A stretch of DNA of 64,000 nucleotides from Octopus vulgaris (lineage: Eukaryota): the NCBI GenBank assembly GCA_951406725.2, contig OX597827.1:45012001-45076000 (forward strand). The letters run 5' to 3'. The notes under the pieces were generated by a model that saw only the letters and a list, made by a program, of their open reading frames with translations, was not told the DNA's origin and ran no database searches. The position numbers and the translations under genes are program-made. Positions within the stretch are counted from its first letter, which is position 1. The number at the start of each line of letters is the position of its first letter. Below are positions 25,101-38,678 of this stretch, piece by piece.

Positions 25101-28100
25101 ATATTCCTCGTGTGGATGTGTTTTTTTTATGCATATTAATGTCCTCTATGTTAAGCAGAGGCATAGTTGTGCGGCAAGAAGTTTGCTTCCCAACCACATG
25201 GCTCTGTAATATTGGTATCAAATTTTGGGATGAGGCCAGCAAGCTCAAGGGAGGGGGTAAGTTGATTATATTGATCCCAATGCTCAACTGGTTCTTATTT
25301 TATCAACACTGATAAAATGAAAGACAAAGTTGATGTCAGTGGAGTTTGAACTCAGAACTTAAAGACATACGAAAATGTCACGGAGTATTTTGCCTGGTGT
25401 GCTAACGATTCTGCCAGTTCACTGCCTTCTGAGCTGAAAGAAATATTGCAAGGCATTTCGACCCCAGTATGCAACTGGTACTTAATTTATCGATCCCAAA
25501 AGGATGAAAGGCAAAGTTGACCTTGGCAGAATTTGAACTCAGAATGTAGCAGTAGGCGAAATACCGTTAAGCATTTCACCCCTCGTGCTAACATTTCTGC
25601 CAGCTCACCGCCTTCTACCTGTTACTGCTAACCAACTGACCTTGTCCTAGTAAACATTGAAGTCATGCATTTTTTTTCTTGTTTTTTTTTCAGATGTCTT
25701 TCCAAAGAGCTGCTCGTACAGATAAAGGTGTATCTGCTATTGGACAAGTTGTTTCACTGAAGATAAGTATCTGAACTGTTTTATTGTGTTATTTAAATTT
25801 TATACCTCATAACACCTCTAATTAGTCAAGCCAGCTCCATGTGAAGGATACCAGTGTTAGCAGCACATAAAAAGCACCTGTGTTGCTGCCATGTGAAGAG
25901 CATCTGTGCTTGTACCACAGAAAAAGCATTCATGCTGGCACCACATTAAAAACACCCATGTCAGCACCTTGTAAAAAGTACCCTTGCTGACATCATGTAA
26001 TCAGTACCCATGTTGCTGTCACATATAAAGTACCTGTGCTGGCACCGTGTAAAAGCAACCAGTACACTCTGTAAAGTGGTTGGCATTAGAAAGGGTATCC
26101 AGCCATAGAAACCATTCCAAAACAGACAATTGGGGCCAAATGCAGCTCTCCAGCTTGTCAGCTCCTGTTGAACCATCCAACCCATGCCATCATGATACAG
26201 ACATAACACAGGCTACGCTTTCAGGTTTTTTGGGTAAAGTTTTCAGAAATAACCCAATAACTTTACCATTAATTCTGTGAAATATTCTCGGGTCCTGTTA
26301 GTACCTATTAATTTCAGTCACAAGGCATTTGACAGCCCATGGCTATCATAGACGTTTTCAGATATTTGTGTCTGCAATAGAATTGCTGAATGCATTCAAA
26401 TGGTGAGAGATATTTCCTTTTAGCTCACATTTGCTGCCTTTGTTTAAGTCAAATATTCCAGTTAAGAAAATGGCAGTTTGTATGTTGGAAGATATTAAGC
26501 GAGCGACTAGAATCCTTCGATCACCTCTGTCTACGCTGCATCCTTCGTGTCCAATGGCATCACTTTGTCTCCAACAATTTGGTGCGACACCAGTACAAAA
26601 TCACCTCCCTCCGACAAGTCATCCTAACGAGATGTCTACGTTGGCTAGGTCATGCCCTCCGTTGTCAACTAGGAGAATTCGTATATGAAGCAGTTGCCCC
26701 AGCTCCCCTTCGGGGCTGGCGAAAGCGATGTGGTGGACAATGAAAAACATAGCTAATGACAGTCAAAGCTGATCTGGAACCCAACCTAGGCCCCCATATC
26801 TACAGCATTCGCCGCTGGAATAAGGAGTGGTTGGAGATCACGTGGTCGCTAGCCTCAAATCGCCAGGTCTAGTTGGCATTTGTGAGAGATGCAGCACTGA
26901 GGACGAATGAAGCCAGCTCAACCCACCCCTGGTGAATGCTGTCTCAAGACAAGACAAGACAGTTTGTATGTTGGGGTACAAGAAAATGGCAGTTGGGGTA
27001 CACATCATACTTAGAGGCTTTGCTTTATTGCTTAATGTTTTTTATATATTTTTTTTTTACATGTTGATACATTTTGATAATTTGATTGATCGACTCAATG
27101 AGACACTTCCAAAACAGATCAGAATCTTAGGTAAGTCAGTCTTTTAAATGATTTTAAATCTCTTGTTTTGTGGGTTTTCTCTTTCTCTTGTTTGTTTTAT
27201 GGTTTTATTATTTATTGTTTGGTATGGGGGGGAAAAAAAGAGCCTTCTGATGAGAAATGAATGAAATTTATTTATTTATTTATTCATCGTCATCATCATT
27301 TTTTAAACATTCACTTTTCCATGCTTGCATGGGCCAGACAGTGGTGCATTGAGCATAGTTTCTATGACCAGGTACCCTTCTTGTTGCAAGTCCCTGCTTA
27401 TTTCCAAGCATGGTAATAATCTCTTAGTCTATGGAACAACAAACAGCCTGGACATGCTTGTATGGTAGACTGTCAGTAAACAACACCAGAAGACCATCCA
27501 GAAGCCATTGCTTACAAACCAGCAAACACACAAAAGGGATATACGAACTTACTCACACAACTTAGACACACACACACACACACACACGCGTGCGACAGGC
27601 TTCTTTCAATTTCCGTCTTGCAAACCCACAGACAAAACTTTGGTAGGCTGGGAACTATAGTAGAAGATACTTGCCCAAAATGCCATGCATTGGGATTGAA
27701 ACTGTGTGGCTGGGAAGCAAACTTCCTTACTACACTGCCTTGCTTGCACCTATCTTGCTTTCTACAATTTGCTTTCTACACAAAATTTCTAAATCGAAAT
27801 GAAAAGAGATAACATTTGAGCTGGTAGTGAGTCAACTGGTTTATTGTGTATCAATTCTAATTTTCTCTCGTGCTTTTCATTTTTGTAGGCATGCTGCGTA
27901 CTACAAATTCTTTCAACAGTAAGAACCATTGTTCACATCGTACATACATTTATGTTATGCCAACGTTTGCACTGACTCCTGTAGAAGAGGTATGTATGTT
28001 GAAAATTGCATCTACAATGACAATTTTTTTTTTTTTTTTTTGCAATATTTGTTATTTAACTCTTTCGATACCAACCAGCCTAAAACCGCCTCTGGCTCTG

Positions 28101-29433
28101 TAGTACAAATGTCTTGTTTTCATTAGTTTTGAATTAAAATCTTTCACCAAACCTAGTCACAATTTATGTTCCTAACACTAGCTTAATGACTGGACATTAA
28201 ACTCTGCTTGCGAAGACCTGTTGAGGCAAGTGAAATCGAAATTGAAATCAAATTCATGACTGGCATCCATGCTAGTGGAGCACTAAGAGCACCATCCGAG
28301 CGTGATCATTGCCAGAGCAGCCGGTGGCACATAAAAAGCACCATTTGAGCGTGATCGTTACCAGCGTTGCCTTACTGGCACTTGTGCCGGTGGCATGTGA
28401 AAAAACATTTGAGTGAGGTCGTTGTCAGTGCTGCTTGGATTGGCTCTTGTGCAGGTGGCACGTAAAAAAACACCATTTGAGCGTGGCCATTGCCAGTACC
28501 ACCTGACTGGCCTTTATGCCAGTGGCACGTAAAAGCACCCACTACACTCTGAGTGGTTGGCATTAGGAAGGGTATCCAGCTGTAGAAACTCTGCCAGATC
28601 AAGATTGGAGCCTGGTGCAGCCATCTGGTTTGCCAGTCCTCAGTCAAATCGTCCAACCCATGCTAGCATGGAAAGCAGACGTTAAATGATGACAACGACG
28701 ATGATGATGAAACACAGAGCATCTCAAAATAAGTACAGTAACGAAAGGGTTAAAACCTTTAGCACAACATGTGTTTATATATTTGGGGTGAACTTATTAT
28801 TTTGTAAGGATGAATAACAAACAATGATTTGCTTGTAAAAGAAAATCTATGGTAGGATTCAGTTATGTTCCTTTATATTCAGAGTTTAAAGGGATAAGCC
28901 ATGCTTATCCCTTATTTGTCAATAGATAAAAGGTTCTAGTAATACACTGCAAGTTGATTCAAGTGCTTAAACGCACACACACTCATACACATGCGTGTGC
29001 ATGCAGCATCTATATTCTTTTGTTCTTGTTTCACTCATTAGACTGTGGGACTGCTTTGAAGGGCTTACTTGAGTAAATCGATCCCACTACTTCTGTTACC
29101 TCTTCCATTGGTCCCTTTTGCTGAACTGCTGAGTTTAGGAGTCATAAGCAAAGCAACACTGGTTGTCAATTGGTTTTGGGACAAACACAGTGATATGCCC
29201 ACACATTCATATATGCATGCATACATGATCATATGGTGCATGCACACACACAAATGTGTGCACATGATGGTCTTCCAAATAGTTTCCTTAAACCAAATTC
29301 TGTCAAGGCATAGGTTGGTCTGGTCCTATAATAGAAGACATTTGCCCAAGGTTCTGCACAGTGGAACTGAACCAGAGACCATGTGGTTGCAAAGAGAATG
29401 CCTTAGCTGCCCAGCCATACCTGTGCCCATATG

Positions 29434-29485
<52 letters not shown>

Positions 29486-29795
29486 ACAAAAATATGATAG
29501 AGAAAATCAGATCTTTAATTGTTGAATTCATTATAGAATTATAGAAAGCCGACAGTTGTTTCTGTTGTAGCAACAGATTTAGATACAGAAAATATTGAAA
29601 TTAATATATTCGAAAATGCATGTTAACACAATGTCTTCAAGGTGATCCAAAGTTGGTTAAATTGAAAATGAACTAAGGAAATATTTCCAGTACACAAGCA
29701 CATACAAAAAGAACATTAAGATGAAGAATAATCTAAGAAGACTTAATTTTGTATTCAACTCTTGATGATGTCAGTGGATAACGAAAGAATAAAAA

Positions 29796-29850
<55 letters not shown>

Positions 29851-30138
29851 AAACTTACTTAGAAATGGATGCGTGCGTTCTGTCGTTTAATAACAAATTA
29901 ATAAATAAAACATATGCATATATACATACATATATGTACGTACCTACATCTACATGTATATATACATGCATATATGGTACAGGACACCAAAAAAACGTCG
30001 AACACAATGAGAAACGAAAACATAAACACAAAACCAAGGAACTGGACATTTTTCTTAAACAACGAAAAAATAGAGTACAGGACAAATAACACAAGGAAAA
30101 TTCCCCTTCTTCAGTCGCCATGGTTTCATCTACTCTGC

Positions 30139-30189
<51 letters not shown>

Positions 30190-30937
30190 TTACGTTTTCT
30201 TTTTTATGTTTTATTTGGTGTTTAAATTCTAAATGTTTTTTTTCTTTCTTTCATTCCAGAATGTTGTTTTAGATTACAGAATAGAAGGTAAGCTTCCTGA
30301 AAAATATTTCCTTTCTGTCATTGAACTTTGAATTACGAAGGAGGTTAGATGACCTGCTGCTGTTAGGATTATGTCCTAACACAACATAACACGACCCTAA
30401 TTGATAGTATATCTCATAATAAGATAAAGAATTGACAGTTCATATTCTGTAACTTGACTTCCTTCTCTCTCAGTGGCCATTCCACCTTATTGTATGGGGT
30501 TGGCAGCACTATTAAGAAAAGTTTCACAAGTGTTTTGTTGAACTGCAGTTTTTGAATTTAATGCCTTAAGTGAAGTTATCTTAGAGTAGACTAGTTCGAT
30601 GGCAGATTAAATCTTTTGATATCAGCCTGTTTGAGACCATTCTTGGTCTTATAATACAAGCTTCCTGTTTAAACCTTTCAGCATTCAAATTACTCAGTCA
30701 GATGTAAAGCTTATTCACATTCTCTTTACCCTCTTTTACTTGTTTCAGTCATTTGTCTGTGGCCATGCTGGAGCACCGCCTTTAGTCGAGCAAATCGACC
30801 CCGGGACTTATTCTTAGTAAGCCTAGTACTTATTCTATCGGTCTCTTTTGCCGAACCGCTAAGTTACGGAGACGTAAACACACCAGCATCGGTTGTCAAG
30901 CGATGTTGGGGGGACAAACTCAGACACACAAACATAT

Positions 30938-30972
<35 letters not shown>

Positions 30973-32484
30973 CATACATATATACGATGGGCTTCTTTCA
31001 GTTTCCGTCTACCAAATCCACTCACAAGGCTTTGGTCGGCCCGAGGCTATAGTAGAAGACACTTGCCCAAGGTGCCACGCAGTGGGACTGAACCCTGAAC
31101 CATGTGGTTGGTAAGCAAGCTACTTACCACACGTCTTGAATTAATTATGCATCATCTCATAATTTTGAGATTTCAATGATGTGATTGTTTATTTGTAGAA
31201 CGACTTTGTAGGGAAGGTGTGAGAGGCCAGATCTGGTCAGTTTGAACATAAAACAGGTAGAATATTTGGGCTGAATATGGCTAAGTTTAAATGCTAAGGG
31301 ATAAGTCATCATCATCATCGTTATTGTCATCATCATCTAATGTCTGTTTTCTGTGCTAGTATGGTTTGGATGGTTTGACAGGAGCTGGTAAGCCAGAAGG
31401 CTGTACCAGGCTCCAGTCTGTTTTGGTATGCGTTTCTACAACAGGATGCCTTTCCTAATGCTAACAACTTCACAGAGTGTACTGGGTGCATTTTATGTGG
31501 TGCCAAAACCTCCCATTAAAACTTTATGCTAATTTATGTTCCAAAACACCAGTGCAATAACGACAACATTATTTTTCTAAATTCTTCATTATTTTCATAA
31601 TAACTGATTTAAAACATCATCATCATCATCACCGTTTAACGTCTGCTTTCCATGCTAGCATGGGTTGGACGGTTCAACTGGGGTCTGGGAAGCCAGGAGG
31701 CTGCACCAGGCCCAGTCTGATTTGGCAGTGTTTCTACAGCTGGATGCCCTTCCTGATGTCAACCACTCCGTGAGTGTAGTGGGTGCTTTTTACGTGCCAC
31801 CAACACAGGTGCCAGACGAGGCTGGCAACAGCCATGATCGGTTGGTGCTTTTTATGTGCCACCGGCACGGAGGCCAGTCGGGGCGGCGCTGGCAACGGCC
31901 ACGTTCAGATGGTTCTTTTACGTGCCACTGGCACAGGTATCACAACTACAATTTCCATTGATTTTGATTGATTTCAATTTCACTTGCCTCAACAGGTTTT
32001 CGCAAGTCCTCAACAGGTTTTCGCAAGTCCTCAACAGGTCTTCGCAAGTCCTCAACAGGTCTTGTGCATTTCAATAGAAATTTAGTGACAAAAGAGTTAA
32101 AGAGGCTCTGAACTCTCACATCTGCTTACTGCTAGAGAAACTGGAGAGATTATGAGTAGTCCCAGTTAACCCCTTTTTACCCTATTTTCCTCTCCATTGT
32201 AAACTGTGAAAGGATTAATTAAAACTTTTGGTCTTCTGAATATTAGCAACAAGCAAATTGTGCAGTGATTGTGCTGATGTCACAAATCTGCTGTGCTGCA
32301 CCGACCACTCATGCATACTCGTGTACACAACTAGGAACCTTTCTGTTACTGTTTGACTTGCTAGAAATAGCAGACAAATCTTTCTCAGATTAAATCCAAC
32401 TGACTTTACCCCTTAACATACACATTTTTTTTTCAATTTCCATAGTGGTGGTGATGGTGTAGTAGTAGTAACAATAGTGGTTGT

Positions 32485-32519
<35 letters not shown>

Positions 32520-35500
32520 TGCAGTGATAATTGAAATGATGATGGTTATGTTAAGCCTAAAAATCCTATTTCTCTATATTTCAGAAAGCAAACTGGAAGA
32601 GCTGAACAGCGTTTTAAGTTTGTTTAAGGGCACACATAATTTTCATAATTTCACCTCTGGACGGTAAGACATCTTCTCTTTCTTTCTTTCCTTTTGCTTA
32701 TTCTCCTCTCATCCTCTCACTTTTTCCTCTTGTCTCTCTCTTTCTCTTTCTCACATTTCTTGTGATTTGTAGACAGTGGCATAGCTAGGGTAAACTGTGC
32801 CCGGGACAAACTGCAAAAATGTGCCCCTTCCCTTACAAAATCCATGATATTATATAATACTTATTTGTTACAAGTAATTAATGTTTTAAAGCAATATTTT
32901 TGGAATAATTATTTTACCAGGGTTCATTTACCTACCAGTTCAGTACAGCCTGTAATTCAAAATATATTTTTTGAAGGTTTACTTTTATGAAACCTCCTTA
33001 TTTTAACCATTTAAGGCACCAGTTTCCATGATTAAAACATAAAAAAAACCTAATGTGTGAAATGAAATGTAATAAAAAAAAAATACAGTTGTTTAAAGTC
33101 TCATCTTTCTTGCTTTTGATGTGGTGCTCCCCACTTCAATTGGCACCTGGGGCACGTGTTTGTAGAACAGTTCATTCTTAGTGTGGGACCTTGTCCTTGA
33201 TCTTGCTGTCGTGGGTGACTCTGCCAGAAGTTAATGCTTCTGAGACTGCTGCTCTCAGAATCATGGGTGAGGCATCATGCAAGCTTCTTGATCACAACAA
33301 GATTGATGACCCTTAGAAGGAAATCGATACTAGTATGACCAGTAGCAGCCATTCAAGAATTTGGACCTGAAGATCTCCATTTCCAGCGACTTCGAGGGCC
33401 ACCTCCCAGTGGTGTCGGGCGTCAACGAAGAGCCCTCGACTACAACAAGATGACCAAAGTTTTTTTTCTTTCCAAGGTCTGGGGTCTCCTGCCCCTAAGC
33501 CCTAGACCATCACCTAATCACCCTTACCCATCTTGTTGCTTAACAACAACAACAACAGCAGCAGCAACACCACCACCATTACCACCACCACCATCACCAC
33601 CACCACTGCTGAGGTGCTGCCACTGCCTGCACCACCACCACCACCTCCTCCTCCTGTTCCTATTTTTGTTATTGTTGTATAGCTGTACAATGTTTATAAT
33701 ATTGCTCATTGATATTTATCTTTTCTCCCTCTCTCTCATCTTATTTAGGAAATTCTCTGACCCAAGTGCCAACCGTTACATTATGGATTTTGAGGTAAGT
33801 TTTTCCCTTGTTTTTCAACATCTGTTGTTTCTTCTACTTCATTATTCATTCCATTTACACCCAATCCCTCCACAGTCATCCCCTACTCATCCCTACCTTC
33901 CCTCCAACGTATACCTATCATCACTCATCTCTTGTTCTTCATTCATTATATTCATTTCTTATCGCTAACTTTCTCCCACTCTCTCATATACTCTTGCAGC
34001 CTCTACTCAGCCACACATCCTGTTCTCCACTCCCCTTGTACCTTGAAGGTCCACACTGTCCCCCTCCTTACTACTATTTTTAACCCCTTCCAGTTCCACC
34101 TCAACCACTCTCATCCTCTCTCCTATAATCCTTTCTACTAGAGGCACAAGGCCTGAAATTGAAGGGGAAGGAGATAGTCGATTACATTGACCCCAGTACT
34201 CAACTGGTATTTAATTTATCAACTCTGAAAGGATGAAAGGCAAACTCGACCTCAGTGGAATTTGAACTCAGAATGTAGCAGCAGATGAAATACCGCTAAG
34301 CATTTCGCCCGGTAATATACAAGGGTTGATTGAATTGGTTCTACATTCTCCCACTGCATTCCATGTAGGCGACTGTGTTTTAGTGCTCAAAAAGAAATCA
34401 ATAATTTTATCGATTTGATGCTTTATTTCTCCTTCTTCTGCTTCTACTTTACATTACATCCATATTTTCAGGCAGGAAAACCAGTGGTCATCGATGGTCT
34501 AGAGCTGGTCACTATCAGGATTCAAGGCCAAAGTTTTATGCTACATCACATTCGTAAAATGATCGGTACGCTATTTACATATTTCCATTGTTGATGTTGT
34601 CTTGTTGTTGTGTTGCTGTTTTTGTTGTTATGTTGGTGGTACTGTCTGATCTAGCAGACCTATGGTCAAAAATACATCATCCTTGACCCCACATGTCTTA
34701 TTTTTCTTGTATAAATATATCAAGGACAAAAGAACGGTGAATCAGCAGTCATTGGAGTGTCAGATAGAATGCTGTACCATATTTATTTTGACTAAGGCTA
34801 AGAGCTGGCAGAATTGTTAGCACAAGACAAAATGCCTAGTGGCATTCTATCTGTCTTTACAGATATATATATAAATTTTAATTTAAAATGAGGGTGAGAA
34901 ATTGGATATTAATTTAATTAACATCAATTTAACACCAGTGGTCTAGCATACTAAAATCCGAAGGTTCAGTAAATTGTATTATATACATATGAGAGGGATG
35001 ACAACTATGTGGACAACCCTTATGCTAGAAGTAGATCTGCTATGGTCTTACCACTCAAGAAAAAATGGTAAGACCATAATAGATCTACTTCTAGCATAAG
35101 CCTTCTTAACCACACACCTATACCCACAACTATATATTGATTTTGTTTTGTCTTTTCCAGGTTTATCAATAGCCATTGTTCGAGGATTTTGTGGGAAGGA
35201 TGTCATTGATCTTGCATGGAAGGCTGAGAAAGTAAGTTGAGCTTCTTTTACTTGCTGTTATTGTTGTTGTTGTTGTTTTTGCCGTTGTTGCTGTTAAGAC
35301 TGCAGGTCATCTCAAGTGATAGTGGGGGATATCTTTTTGAGAGAATTTTGACAGCTATTTCTAGCAAGTCAGACAACCATGTTATAATGTAATAACGATG
35401 AAACGGAACTTAGATGTGGCTGTGTGGAAGGCTGCACCAGACTCCACTCTGTTTTGGCATGGTTTCTGTGGCTGGATGCCCTTCCTAATGCCAACCATTC

Positions 35501-38500
35501 TGGGAGTGCAATGGGTGCTTTTACGTGTCACTGGCACGGGTGCCATACGTGTGATACTGGTATCTGCCATGACTGCTGTTTTACTTGGCTTGATGGGTCC
35601 TATCAAGCACAGCATAATGCCAAATGGACTTGGTCATTGCCTTGGTGAGGCCCAACACTTGAAGCACAGCATAACGCCAAATGGTCTTGGCCCTTACCCC
35701 CATGAGGCCCAACACTCAAAAGGTGCTTTTACATGCCACTGACACAAGTGCCATTTGCGTGACAGCAGTGTCTGCTATAACTGCGATTTTACCTGGCTTG
35801 ATGGGTCTTCTTCTCAAGCACAACATAATGCCAAGTATGTATGTATTTATATCATTGGTTTATCTTTGGTGTTGTGTTTTGTCTTTGACTAAGTAATGGA
35901 GTATGGAACCATTGAATGATGACAAAATTTTTTGATAATGAAATTATGTGCTTAAACTGTTAAAACAATATATTAATTATTTTCAAATTTTTTTCTTTAC
36001 AGGTGGATGTTCCCAAAGCACCAGGATTGGGCCTTGTTCTAGAAAGGGTAAAGATTTTCTTTTTCTACTTATATTTTCTTGCTATGGCCTGTATATGTAG
36101 CACTTTAACCTTTTGTGATACATGGTGCTTTGGTATATGTAACCAAAGAGACCCAAATTTTTTTCTGTTGAGGTTGAAATTGATGGGTGCATATAGAAAA
36201 CAATGGATAAAGTGCTTAAAACTATCAGGTCCTTAAAAATGTAATGTCCGATTTTCTTGTGCACCAAGTTTGACAGTTGTTAACTCTAATGTTTGATCCT
36301 GACAATTCTTTGTTTTACAACATTGAAGAGTTACATCATCACTTTTCGAAATGCAATTCATGGTGTCTGATTATATTGTGAGTTTTCTTGTATACAAGTC
36401 AAATTTTTCAGACTAAAATTTACAGCCAAAAATGGTCGATTGATTTATATGCTAAGATGATTTTGGAACACCAAAAATCCTATGTAAAATGCAGCAGGAT
36501 TTGGAAAGATAGAGATGGTGTTTGAATGTTTACACTATAAACATAAACTATGTTGACTTGTATGTTTGAGGAGAATATAGTAATATTTATATTATTCAAA
36601 GCACCATCCGATCGTGGCTGTTACCAGCCTCGCCTGGCCCCCGTGCTGGTGGCACGTAAAAAGCACCATCTGATCGTGGCCGTTTGCCAGCCTCGTCTGG
36701 CACCTGTGCCGGTGGCACGTAAAAAGCACCCACTACACTCACGGAGTGGTTGGCGTTAGGAAGAGCATCCAGCTGTAGAAACATTGCCAGATCAGACTGG
36801 GCCTGGTGCAGCCTTCTGGCTTCCCAGACCCCAGTTGAACCGTCCAACCCATGCTAGCATGGAAAGCAGACGCTAAATGATGATGATTGAAAATGCCTCA
36901 ACCCCTTAGGATTCAGATTATATTCTCAAGCGGGATGGTGGTAGTCTCTTGAGTCCAAGAACAATGATTCTGCAATTTCTTACTGAACAACCTTCACAGA
37001 TAATTTGCTTATAGTGATCAAACGTTTGTACTTACTCATTAGCTCACTCCCTCCATCATGATCGGCATTACCTGTACAGGTGCATGGTACGTCACAAGTT
37101 AGATGTCAAAGCAATCACAAAAGCAATGTGGGATGCAGTGTTTTGCTGAAGAACACAAGGCACCACCTTGTTCAGGAATTGACCCAAGATCTCACAGTTA
37201 TGAATGCAACACTCCTAAGCACTAGGCTATACACCCCCACTCTGTCAAATTAAATGTTTATTTAGTTACATTGTTTCAAATTAATCATGCATTATCTCAG
37301 AGCTTTGAGATTTCAATGTTTAGTTAGAGTATGATATTGTAGGGTAGGTGCAAGAGGCCAAATCTGCTAGGCTTGATCACAAAACAGGTTTCATATTTGA
37401 ACTGGACATGGCTGATTTAAGTGTTAAAAGGTTGAAATGTAAAAGATATATTATTGATATCATGTTTTTAGAATCCCTAACTCAGAAGGAAGCAATGGTA
37501 CTTCATTTATTGGGGCTGTGGGTTCAACTCTAGCTTAGGTATTTTTGGTGATATGAAAATAAGGGTGTATAGCTTATCAATATTTGTAAAAGCTTTATCA
37601 ACACAGCCATACAGTAGGAGATTATTGTTAGAGATAGATTATGCCTCTGATTTCATTCCATAGTTAGTTTAGATTATTTAAGCAGTGGTTCCCAAAGTGG
37701 GTGGTATTGCCCCCCGGGAGCGTTGGAAAGTTCCAAGAGGGCATTGAAGAAAAATGGGGTGATAATGGGTGTAATAATTCATGTAAAAAGTGGGGCCATA
37801 ATAAGGTAGTGGTTCATGTAAAAACAAGAAAATAATGGGTTCATTAAGTTAAGTTTTATTTGTGAAATACAGTTGCTTTGGATTTGCTTCAGGAAGAAAT
37901 CTATGTTTGTGATGGTTAGTTGGGGTGGGGGCATTAGGGATATGGTTTGGATGTCAAGCGGGTGGCAACCCGAAAAAGTTTGAGAACCACTGGTTTAAAG
38001 CATTATCTATGTACATTGTTCTTTCTATACATTTTCAATAATTTTAATAACATTATCACAATGGAAAGATCAAAATAGACTGCAAATCATGATGATGATG
38101 ATGATTATGATGATTTAATGTCATCTTCCACGCTGGCATAGGTTAAATGGTTTGATAGGATCTGACAAATAGTGGGGTCCTTTTAGTCCTGTCTCTTTGA
38201 GGTTTTACCAGATTCTCTAGGGCTGGTGTCAGAAAAATAATTACCCAGGTGACTAAATTCTTCATTGCTTTCACATTTAATTGAAATGAAGTTATTGTAT
38301 TCATTGCATTTTTCAACAGAAATTTGGTAACAAAAAAGGGGTTAATTAGTGTTTGAGTGGAATTGACTTCAAATTTGAGTGAAGTGTGAGTTGAGAAAGC
38401 CACTTGATAACAAAGCATTAATTCATGTATGTCGTATTAAAGTCTTATAACTGATTTTCATTGGTGTAAAATTCGTGTGATTTAATATTTGTTTTTTCTG

Positions 38501-38645
38501 GTTCTTCTGTCTAGTTGCATTATAATGGTTACAATAAACGGTTCGGCAATGATGGCATCCATGAACCTTTAGTGTGGGATAAATATGATGTAAGTACGAC
38601 TTCATGTTTTCACTATTATTATGACATGATCTCTCTCTCTCTTTC

Positions 38646-38678
<33 letters not shown>

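Noticed and set aside
27017-27060. Canonical GT-AG solution 25767..27016 for intron 5
   Set aside because: It is in frame but inserts a run like [15 protein letters not shown], which is the T tract itself, into the catalytic fold, and that AG has no pyrimidine tract. Kept only as the refuting alternative.
28250-28545. Regularly spaced GGTGGCACGTAAAAAGCACC units resembling a CRISPR array (also 25860-26060, 36600-36730, 48715-48930)
   Set aside because: The spacers are related to each other, the units are internal repeats of the family C retroposon, the DNA is eukaryotic and there are no cas genes.
29547-30140. Further hammerhead-like pieces on the minus strand (TTGAAGA...GAAACAACTGTC; lone CTGAAGA near 30110)
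   Set aside because: Stems I and II do not pair convincingly, or the motif is truncated. Probably decayed PLE termini.
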